From Klebsormidium nitens (taxonomy: Eukaryota; Plantae; Klebsormidiophyceae): a stretch of 64,000 nucleotides of DNA. The position numbers and the translations under genes are program-made. The stretch lies in contig DF237336.1 in assembly GCA_000708835.1 (NCBI GenBank), positions 1 to 64,000 of the forward strand, in the 5' to 3' direction. The notes beneath the pieces are model-generated. The model worked only from the letters and a program-made list of their open reading frames with translations, was not told the DNA's origin and did not search any database. Positions 25,167 through 35,868 of this stretch are shown piece by piece. Numbering within the stretch: the first letter of the stretch is position 1; every line of letters starts with the position of its first letter.

Positions 25167-26085
25167 CGGTATACATCCTGGCATATGTTATGTATGCCAC
25201 ATGAGAATCACAGCAAATATGGTTTAGGTGGCCGCGCGCGCGGTTAGAAATGGTATAACTTACGGTCTAAGGTTAGAGATCAAAAATGCATCCGATCGAT
25301 CTCACCGTCACTGATTGGCACAGTGTCCAACACTGTATTTGACGTTCCATGCACGAAATATTCATGACTTGAATATATACCAGAAATTGATGCATAGTGC
25401 CAGTGGCTGTTTGGTCTCACTTAGTAACATGTGAGCTCATTTCCGACAAGACCGTGCTAACCAACTGTCTAAGCTAGCTAGCTAGTGGGATCCCCGACTC
25501 GGACTGACTTGCAGATGCAATAGATCATAGTCGTGCTCAATTCGCTCCGTTCGGCGTGATCCTCATTCACAGTCGATACCAATAATCACGTCCGGATTGC
25601 GCCCTGCCGGTCAGAACGTAGCACTGGCCGCTTCAATTTGCCCACCATTTTCTACCCAACTCGCGGCTGATAAGTAGCACGATTGTGCATAAGCTGCCCA
25701 ACGATCAGCTCTTGGCGACCGACGAGCAGAGGCTGGACAAATGACCGGACTTATGTACCGGTCTCAATCGCATAACTGCGTCATCTGCAGCTTGACATGT
25801 TCCAAGATGCCCGATGGCCCCCACTGGACAAAGGCACCAGCATACGCGCTGGTGCAGCCGCCCCTGCATCTGCTGGATGTCACCGGCGACCACACGGGGC
25901 CCGTGCATCGGCCAGGGGTCTTCGCGCCTCCACTCTGCGAACGCGCTCGCAGCGGGCCCGAAGGTGGGCGTTTGCCACTGCGGATTCCTGCTCTTGACTG
26001 CCCAACCCTTCGGTACCGTGCCGGGAAGAGTGGCATGGCGGGTTGCGGAGAATGGGTCACGCCAGCCGCGCGTCCAGGGGCCGCG

Positions 26086-29000
26086 CTATCGCTCAGCAGC
26101 GGTCACGAGCACCACGTTATCCCCGCGGACAAACACCTGCATTGAAACCAATCGAACATGATCGAGCCACGTGACCGACTTTGGCTTGTCGAGATGTCGA
26201 CAGACCACAATAGCCTACATCACGATAGTTCATGTGACTGATCAGAAAACCAAGATGTTCAGGTGGTAGGTGCGTGCGTTCTGGGACGAGCCAACCTGCT
26301 CAAATCTTGCCGGGACGAGAACTCGTCCCAATACTAGTACGGGCTGGAGCGAACGAAACGCTCCACTCTATGACGGCCATCTCTGCGCCTCAACCAGGAC
26401 ACAAGCAATTTGCAGTTAATGGGCGCAAGTATATCCAGGCCCAAGCTTCAGGCTCGCACTGCCATGCCGCAGGTTATTATTAACGAGCGGGCATTTTCTA
26501 GGGGCATTATTTTCTCTTTCCAGCCCCCTTCCTGTTCTCGAAGACCATCTGCTCCGCGTCCTTGCCACGCACTAGCTGCCCCCCGCCGTTCTCCTCAGAA
26601 TTTACATGCCGCGTCCTGCACCCTCCTGCTCCCCTGCTCCCCTCTCTCCCCGCCTCACCTGGTTGAGGTGCCGCTTCCTGTGCTCCAGCTTGGGGAACAG
26701 CCGCTCCTCCTGCACGCGCGCCCCGCCGCCCGCTGCGCCGCTGCCGCGGCCCGCCCCGGCCTTCACCCACACCGTGCGCGGGGCCTCCGTCAACACTGCG
26801 CGCAGGCAGGAGGGCGGTCATTGGAGAAGCCAGCCACAAAGTGCACGGCTCCTCGCGGAGCCGAGACAAATGCAAGTAGCTCTGCCGGCAGTGACGTGCA
26901 GAGGCCGTTCGGTCGAGAGCACCCGGTTGTTGGGCGGGAGAGGGTAGGGCAGTCAGCCGCGTACCTGAGTAGCTCTCCTCGACGTCCTGCAGCACCTGCA
27001 CACGCGGCCCGGACCAAATGTCAAGAGCCAAGCAGATTAAGGAGCGGAAGACGCCCGAAGTCTCCTGAAGCATGTCGAGCGACTAGAGAGTATCCTGGGG
27101 GGGAACTGCAATACCCTTTGTACAAACAAAGCAGGCAAACCGCCCAGAAAAGGCCACACCAGGAGTTTGAGTGCAGCAAGCCCGGGGGCGTATTTGGGGG
27201 CGGGGGACCGACGCACCAGGTTGCAGAACTTGTCGAAGGCCTTGAGGAAGCCAGTGGCGGTGCCGCGCAGGCCGCGCCGGTGCCGCGTGTACACCTGCAC
27301 CGGCCGCCGCTGCGCGTAGCACCGCTGCAGCAAAGCCAGGGGGCCCTCGCCGCACGAGGCTGGCAGGAGGCAGGGGGGACCGGCGATCAGCGGGTGATTC
27401 AGAGAACTCCGATTCAGGGACTAACATCGCCTGCTCAGGCAGCAATCCCCTCGTTCGTTTCCGNNNNNNNNNNNNNNNNNNNNNNNNNNNNNNNNNNNNN
27501 NNNNNNNNNNNNNNNNNNNNNNNNNNNNNNNNNNNNNNNNNNNNNNNNNNNNNNNNNNNNNNNNNNNNNNNNNNNNNNNNNNNNNNNNNNNNNNNNNNNN
27601 NNNNNNNNNNNNNNNNNNNNNNNNNNNNNNNNNNNNNNNNNNNNNNNNNNNNNNNNNNNNNNNNNNNNNNNNNNNNNNNNNNNNNNNNNNNNNNNNNNNN
27701 NNNNNNNNNNNNNNNNNNNNNNNNNNNNNNNNNNNNNNNNNNNNNNNNNNNNNNNNNNNNNNNNNNNNNNNNNNNNNNNNNNNNNNNNNNNNNNNNNNNN
27801 NNNNNNNNNNNNNNNNNNNNNNNNNNNNNNNNNNNNNNNNNNNNNNNNNNNNNNNNNNNNNNNNNNNNNNNNNNNNNNNNNNNNNNNNNNNNNNNNNNNN
27901 NNNNNNNNNNNNNNNNNNNNNNNNNNNNNNNNNNNNNNNNNNNNNNNNNNNNNNNNNNNNNNNNNNNNNNNNNNNNNNNNNNNNNNNNNNNNNNNNNNNN
28001 NNNNNNNNNNNNNNNNNNNNNNNNNNNNNNNNNGGAAGGGCAGCAGCCCAGTGACCGTCAAATGCATCAGGGCAGAATGAGTCGACAACAGCCATCATCC
28101 CGAAGTTTAAAGTTTGGAGGGGATCCTGCGCCGTCCAAAAGCACAGCCATTTCTGGGTTGCCCGAATCGGCTTCAGTGGCTCACCTGCAATCTTGTCCAG
28201 GATCTTTTCCTTGCCGCGCTCCTTCTCTGCTGCTGCCGCCAGCCGAACACTCTTGTGCGCCTGCCACCAATGTACGAGCAGCTTGATAAACAGGTCTCGG
28301 GGCGGGAAGTGACCGACCTCAAAGTAACCAAATATGCCTCAAAGGATCCCATCAGAACATGCACTGGACGAGTGCCACGTGGCAGCCCGTAAAGAGAAAT
28401 AACTGCGGTGTTGAGCAAGGATGCACCTTTCTGGGCTGGCTCTCTCCCACCAACGCAGCACCGAGCGGCCAGGTCGCCTTCCAGAGAGGAGGCTGGTCGG
28501 TGGCTCACCTTGGCCCGTTGCTGCGCCGCAATGGATTCCTGAGAGCGGGGCACCCGGGGCGCCACATTGGCCAGAGACTCAGGAACAACCTGCAGCATGG
28601 ACGCAGCGAGCGCAAGCTGAGCCACATGTAACAAAAAGTGATCCATTTACATTAGAAGCCAGCCTGGCATTCAGAGAGCATGTAGGCGGACTCAAAGGCG
28701 TTGTCCAGAGTAGGCTGCACCTCTCAGAGCTCTGGTGAACAGACCGAACTTCCTCGCCGGCCAACTCAGATGAGGCGCGTGCTCTTTAACTCTGGACTGT
28801 TCCAGATGGAGGGGCCCGCTGCCTACAGTCGTTCAGTAGCTTACCTCGGGGATGATCCTGCGGCACTTGTTGAGGTTGTCCAGCGGCTGCACGCGCGGCG
28901 CGGGCGGCTGCAGGCCCACCGTGTACAGCGCACACAGCGGGTCAAACAGCTCCTGCCACACCAGGCCACGCACCGGTCAGCATAATGTGGCCGTCATGGG

Positions 29001-29509
29001 GCAGTTTATCCTACTGTAGTCGATAGGCCACTTCCTCTGGTACAGTACCCAAAACACATTTCCCCTGTTTGCCTCAGGAAGGCACCTCAAGAAGCGCCTT
29101 GAGGCTGTTCAATGCTGGTAGCGATCACTTGCTGCCGGGGCCTGTGTTCATTGTAAGGTCCCTACTTCCTTTTGAAGATTGCAATACCTTCCAAATGCAA
29201 CCAATGCCGATTCCTGAGTTGACGTTCACTGGATGAAGGTTCAGATCGCTCAAGCGAGCCCGAATGGGCTTTGGCAGCTGGGGAGTCTTCTGACCCTGTT
29301 CATAATGGGAAATCACGTCACATCATAAGTGCAATTATGAACCACCAATCCTGCCAGCAACTTTCATCCAGGCAGGCTGCTTATAACCAAGAGTGGTTAG
29401 GGGGCATGGGGCAAGGAAAACTCACCGAGAAGAAGTCAAGCGCAGGATCCACTTCCGCAGCTCTGCCGCCTGAACCATCAATCCCCTCTCTTCTCCGCTC
29501 TCCTTCCAT
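26086..29509 (-). CDS. LSM11: U7 snRNA-associated Sm-like protein LSm11 homologue, about 236 aa
   Basis: Exons 29509-29426, 28952-28845, 28589-28509, 28260-28185, 27359-27217, 26995-26965, 26795-26659, 26136-26086; phases match across the N gap. N-terminal LDFFSELFDPLCALY...P..P...PLDNL motif, Sm1 GPLALLQRC...[35 protein letters not shown], a long Sm1-Sm2 insertion, and Sm2 RHLNQVFVRGDNVVLV. These are the diagnostic LSm11 features. Confidence 0.88.
27464..28033. other. Assembly gap (570 N) inside an LSm11 intron
   Basis: Run of N. Flanking exon phases are compatible without an additional exon. Confidence 0.99.
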
Positions 29510-31476
29510 GCTTGTAATGCATAAATCTGAGAGCTAAATCAGACTAACTAGTGAGCCAAACTGGAGAAAGGACTGTCCCAAAGACCGCCCCTGAGTCATT
29601 GCAGCATTCTATGTCGTCTGGAGCGCAAGATGATTAGCAATGCCGTAAGGCTGGAAGCTGCACATAGGCAATCAGCTGACCTGAAGAAGTTGCTGGAGAC
29701 AGCTCAGGCAAACAAACATTGGCTGGCTGGTGCACCGTGCACAAACGCCCACGTGATTCCTCAGTTGCAGGTGCGGTCGTACACTGATACTCTGACCTGG
29801 TTAAGACGAATCTAGAGGCCCCTGCGGCTGTCAAAAAGATACAGAGGCCGCATTGTTTTGACCGGCCCCCCTTCAAAGCATTCTTTTGTCAGAGAGCGAC
29901 AAGACATTGTTGTAGCAACCACTTGGAAAGCGGGAAAAAGTATTCTTGTGAAGAACCCTTCACTCCTCACACTTCCTTGGTTCTAACCGTCCTCCTCAAA
30001 TAGGTACGCTATTGGCGGCCACCTGCGCGACCAGCTTGACAATGGGCTATATGAAGATTGCATGCAAAACATATAGATCTACATGTGAACGAGCCCATTG
30101 GGGCGCACCTTGAGCGTCTAACCGTTCGATGGCCCACCTTTAATACCGATCGAACGATTCGTGTTTGCAGGCAGAGCTCTGAGTGGCGCATGACTTCAAG
30201 GGGATCCCTTCAATCTGCAACCGTCAAATACGACCTACTTACCTAGCACGTTCAGCAGCTAGCTGCAATTCCACGGTGCTCTTTGATAATTGTAGGGGCT
30301 GCTCTCACTATCTCTAGAGAGCGCCGACGCCAGGCTTGAAATTCTCCATGGCGACGTCAAGCCGTCGGAGGATTTTAACGAGTCTCTGTAGACTTTTTAC
30401 AAACACTCGGTCACCCGCACCTCTCATGCATGTGCAGTCTGACATCGTAAGCTGCTCTGACGTCTGGCTTGTGCCCAAATCAATCATGTCTGCCACATGT
30501 TGTAGCGGCGTTGCTCCTTGACCACAAACTTTTTTTCCGTTTCGACAAGCCTGTAGGCGCACGCGCACTACTCGACCTGCAATTAGTCCATGCATGGCTC
30601 AATGGATGTAGAACGGGTGTATATAGAACGCCCGCAGTGTAAAATGGCCTTATAGTACTACTTCCCGCAGCCAGCTCATGACATATAGTATATCATTTGT
30701 AGTATTCTACGTGTTGAACAACAAAGTCGGTAAGGAACCTGACTCCGAAAGCCGGCTTGCACATGCCACCTGGCTGCAGTGCAGGAGCGCCGGATCTGTG
30801 CTTTGATGCTTCAGTAGGTCTCCCGGCCATGCCACTTGTCCGGGTGGCGCCCCTGCCCCGCCGACGGGGACCTGCAGCCCCTCACGCGGCAGGACTCAGT
30901 CTCAGACGAGCTCGAGGCGTACCGTACGCGCGGACGGGGGCTTTGCTATTCAATGATTTGTTGATTGGGGCTCAGCGGGGCCCATTGCCAGTTCGTATCA
31001 GCGGCTGGGCCCCAAAATCGCAAGACTTGGACAAACGCACATGCAAGATATGTAATCGGTGGTACCTGGCACCCGCATCTAATTTTGCCGCAGGCCCGGG
31101 CGCAATCAACTTGGACCATGCCAATTCATATGGCGTCCACAGATCTGTACAATAAAGCTGCAGCAATGCTAGCAGGCCCGGCCGCAATTCGCACAATCTA
31201 TACAAGACCGCTCGCAATATCTAATACTAGAGTCAAGCACAATGTACGGTGTACCATAACGGCTGCCTAGAAATCTCATCTCAGTGTCCGACTGTAATGT
31301 AACTAGGCTACGCGCACAGTAGACCCAAGCACAGATTGTCGAATGCCAAAGCTCCCCTGAGTCTGCTTCATTGGGAATCTCGAAGTGGCCCGGCTGCATA
31401 TTCTGTACTTTTTGACTAACCCAGCCAACTTCGACATTGAAACGGACCCGTGGTGCATGTGAATCCGCCTAGAGCT

Positions 31477-34400
31477 TCAAAACGCCCAGGTGCTCCTCAG
31501 CATGAACGCAGGCCCCGTCACCCGCTGCCCTTCTTTGATCATCACTGCTCCCGGTGTCAGCGTGAAGCCCTTGCCGGTGGTCAGATTCAAGAACGCCTCC
31601 ATTTGCGTCTGCGACCCCTTGGGTTCCGCCTTCCCCACCCTGAGGTCGGCTGGCCGCACCCACGGTTCCGGCTGCGTGGACCCCACTGACAGCCCCCAGC
31701 CCACCCCGGGGGAGTCCGGCACGCCCGACAGCGTCACCCCCCACTGCACGCCACGCTGAGGCCCCCGGCCCGAGGAGGTCTGGTCCATGTGGGCCCACCC
31801 CGAGAAGGTGGCCAGCTCGCCCGCCGCCACAGCCCCGGCAAAGCCGTACGACCGCAGCGAGTGGCCGTGCAGTCGAGGCAGCCCCACACCTGCAAAGTGG
31901 ACAAACGCGTTCAGAGCCAACTTCTGGATTGGTGTAAATCAAGGCAGAAGTGCAACCACAAGTCAGGACCGGATAGGCCACCAGAAACCGAAGCTTTGTC
32001 CCTGCGACACTGCACGAAAGGAAACAACGGCAAGTCGTCCCCCCAGCCCGCATTGCGACGGCTATCCAAACAAACTCTCAGACCGCTGGCTGGTCTTGTG
32101 TTGCGGGTGGCATCCTCACCGGCCCAGGTGTCCCCCGTGCCGTTCATGCTGGAGGACGACGACTCGTAGCTGTCGCGCATCGACTCGCCGTTGGTAGCAG
32201 GAGCCGGGGATGACGCGCGGATGCGCGGCACCAGGAGAGGGCCCAGCTCGCTCCAATGCAGGCCTGCACAGGGAAGGGAAGGCGCTGCTGAGGATGTGCT
32301 GAGGATTGGATTGCCGATGTCGACCTTGCCTCGAGTCGACGAATAAAACTGGACGACGAACCTGACTCGCCGACCGCAACGGGCCAAGTCGACCCTCCAA
32401 ACCTACAAGCTCATATTAGCAACGGTCTTTCCGGTCAGATTGTCCTAGATAATCCATCGTATCCTTTTCCCCTCACCTGTCCCAGACGGCAGGCTGGGCG
32501 CCGGCCAGTGCCGGTTGAGTGCCACCACAGCGAGCGCGCACTCTGGCGCGGGCCGAAGCGTGACCTGCCCCAGCGTTGCGTGGCACAGCGGCTCCTCCGC
32601 GCTGCTGCCGGGGCCCCACCCGCTCACGAAGTGCCCCACCGTAAGCCAGCTCCAGTCGTTGGTCCGTGCCGTGGCCGCCACCGCCGCCCCCATGCACCGA
32701 CGGTGCAGCGCGCTCCCCGCTGACGTCAGCGCCGTCAGGCCCTGCCCCTCCAGCGGGTTGAGCGCCTCCGCCATGTCAGCGCCCTGCGCGCCCGTGGCCG
32801 CCACGCGCAGGCACAGCCAATCCGTCAGCTGCGTCCGGTACATGACTTTCTTCACCGCCAGCACGCTCCCCCCCGCCGCGCCGGCCCCGTGCGAGTCCCC
32901 CGCCGCAAGCTGCGTCATGAGCAGGTCTGTGGTGCGGAACGGCGTCTCCAGGTTGATGCGCACGTCGGTGCCGGTGCGCAGCGCAGCGTGGTCGAGGCTG
33001 CGCTTGGTGGGGCGGCTCTGGTCCTCGTCCAGCGCCAGCAGGCCCACCCCAATGCTGACCTCGCCGCTGACCTTGGTCTTGCCGGACAGGTGGGACGCGA
33101 ATGCGGGGAGGGCGGCCTTGCCGCGAGTGTGGCGCAGGCCCGTGTGGAACTCGAGCTTGCTCAAGCGGTCCCGCATCTCCAGAAGCTGCGCAAATGTCTC
33201 CCGCTGCAAGGAGGAGGATACTCTGCTGTTAGACAAGCCAACTGCATGCGCGCAGTGGTTTGCAAAGTTGCAAGATTACGTGGTAAAGTCTTATAATCTA
33301 AGTGAATTGCAAAAAGCCCCATACTCCTGAAGTACAGCTTCACCTGAGAACCTACATATCTGACGATTGCCATGCGCTTGTAACAATTGTAACGCGAAAA
33401 CAAATAGGGTGTCTTGGTGTCTTACGAAAATGGTACAGGAAGGTGTGTAATCCCTTACTTGCAATCGCCGCAGCGCATTGATATCTCCTCGCATGGCCAG
33501 GGAGTCGTCACCCTGTTGTGTTGTTAGCAGCTCAATCACTCTCTGTGCAGTGCTCTGCGCATCAAGCAGTTCTAGATCTGGTGCAGGCTGGGCCCCTGTT
33601 CGCCGTCCAAGCAAAGCTCCAAAGACCCCTGCGCAAACCGACACGTTGAGATTGTTATGACGCTGGTCCTTTGGTCCTCAACGAACTTGAGAATTGTGCA
33701 AAACGATGACCGCTTCACCTGCATTTGATCTGCACCGGTCACCGCAGTCGCCCCTCCTGGAAAGCATTGCTGAAATGCACGGTAAAGCAAATGGATTGAG
33801 AGTACTTTGTGCTTAGACATGCACGGCAGAAGTAGGGCCGCAGCCGCTCACCTGAGACCCAATTCTCCACAGCATGGGCAGGTGAGGAGCCTCTCCGCTC
33901 CAGCGGTTCCTCCTCCACCAGCGGCTCGTCTTTGGGGGCATCTGACACCAGCTTCAAAGTTCGTTTCTCCGGCGCAGGAGATGCTGAGGCAGGGGGAACA
34001 ACTCTCACATCTACATTCTCCACAAAGCCCGCCGGAAAGTCGGACCCTTCAGTCCCCTCGCTCACAATATCTACATCATCCGCCCCATCTTCTCCGATTG
34101 CTTCCTCTGCCTCAGCATCTTTTCTCGCTGAAACTTCCACGAAGTTGGGTGGTAAGTCAGAGTATACTCTCTTTGGTCTCAACTTTGATTGTCTCGGCAC
34201 CGCTGCCTCGCTCTCTCCCTCTATTTCCTTCTCTTTCCCTGTGCTCTTTTCTTCTACGTCAAAGTCTCCGTCAATGTCCTCTTCCCCCTCTTCCCCCTCG
34301 TCCTCATCACCGTCCTTCCCTTTTGGCTCGTATCCCCTGCCATGAACCCCGCCAATGTGTGCGAACGCAGGCTGCATTTTGGCCCAGCTCCCCACCCCCT

Positions 34401-35085
34401 CCTCCTCCTCTTCCTCCTCGTCTTCTTCCTGCTCCGCCACGCCCCCTTGTCCCTTGCCTGCCTCCCCGTTGTCCCCCGAGCTATCGTCCCTCCACCTCCA
34501 TACAGGGCCACCCCATCCATCCCCTCCTGACGGTCCTCCTCCCCCACCCAATGCCTCCAGTTTCTCTTTCAGCGCCAGCACAGTTGCATTCAAGATTGCA
34601 GTGAGTGAGACAGTGCGCAGCAATTGCTGCCGAGACCCCGCCTGGGGGGCCAGGCAGGGCCACCACCGCTTGCCATGGGTGTGGCCAGTGTGTCTGCCAA
34701 ACATGCTGCACTGAATAAGCAAGGCCAGTGCTTGGTGCTCAGCAGATCTGCCACAGCCTCCATTCTTAGCCCCTGCCCGCGCCCGGCATCTTTGAAATTG
34801 GTCACTTTCACCGACATTCTGAACCAGAGTCACAAAAGTCCTTGCGAAACCAGGTCTGCCTTCTGATTTTGACTCTGGCTGATTGGTAGATTTGCTTCCG
34901 GCGGGACTGCTCAGCTTCCATGCTTGTCCTCCATGCAGAACAAGTGCAGGGCTACAGCACCTGTATGAACGGCCATTGCAAGAACTTTCGCTGGTCCCAA
35001 TTTGAGTGCCAGAAGCAGGCGCATGTTGGCTCTTAGTCAATGCCGCAGCTGGCTGCTGCAAGGTCAGAGTATGAGCAGTCTCCAT
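31477..35085 (-). CDS. Uncharacterised beta-barrel membrane protein resembling cyanobacterial SomA/OprB-type porins, with an acidic N-terminal region, about 895 aa
   Basis: Exons 35085-33852 (start uncertain), 33628-33459, 33203-32477, 32263-32120, 31889-31477, all GT-AG and in frame. Coiled coil ALRRLQRETFAQLLEMRDRLSKLE, then KTKVSGEV, VRINLETPFRTTDLLMTQLAAG, alternating amphipathic strands, and C-terminus QMEAFLNLTTGKGFTLTPG...FMLRSTWAF ending in Phe. Confidence 0.75.
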
Positions 35086-35868
35086 CTAGAAGAGTCCCCT
35101 TTCCAGAAGGTGTGCAGGATCCTGCCCTCACTGATTTCCGCAAGTGCTTCAGGGTGCGATGGTTTTAACTGAATGAGCACGAAGCTTGCAACCAAAGGTA
35201 GTGGGATGTGACGCCTCGAGCACATCCATCCATCTGCAGAAAGCTTCCAAACTCAGAGTGCATTGCAGCCACGAAAGAAGTAACCTTCCACTCCTTCTCT
35301 GTCGCTCTCCCCGCCTAGTCTGCCAGCGCTCTTGCTGAGAACAACATTTGATTCTTGCAAGGAAACCTGTTCAAAGTACTGAAGACTTAAAGTGAGCTGA
35401 GCAATGCGAGGCCCAGCCTGCTGCACTGCATGCATCGTGATCTAGAGCGAGATCACCACATGACTGACGCTTTACTCCTACTGCGAAGAACCAGCCGCAT
35501 CGAACGGTTCTAAACGGGTTGCGGGGGCACTGGCAGTGGCTGCAAATGTGGTCGTCCATGTTGTGGGATCCCTGGCTCGAACAGACACTGATAGCCGTCG
35601 ATGTTGAAGGGTACTAATCGGATGTTTGTAGCATCGCCCAGGGCCCAGCTGAATGGGCTTCCGACAAGTACCGTCGGTTCACTGCCTTCACTGAACAGCA
35701 ATTTGCTGCATTCATGCATAATCTGTGTCCTTGCATTGCCATTACTGGCATTAGCATCGGAGTTTGGAGCTTGATTAGACTTACGCTCTTGGACATCCTG
35801 ACAGTGGCAGTGCAAAGCGCTTTTCTCTTGATCTTCCTCGTTAAAAAGTTGAAGGGAAGGCGCCAAAT

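Noticed and set aside
26410-28098. Very long ORFs containing X runs (also at 49224-50145)
   Set aside because: Artefacts of translating through N gaps.
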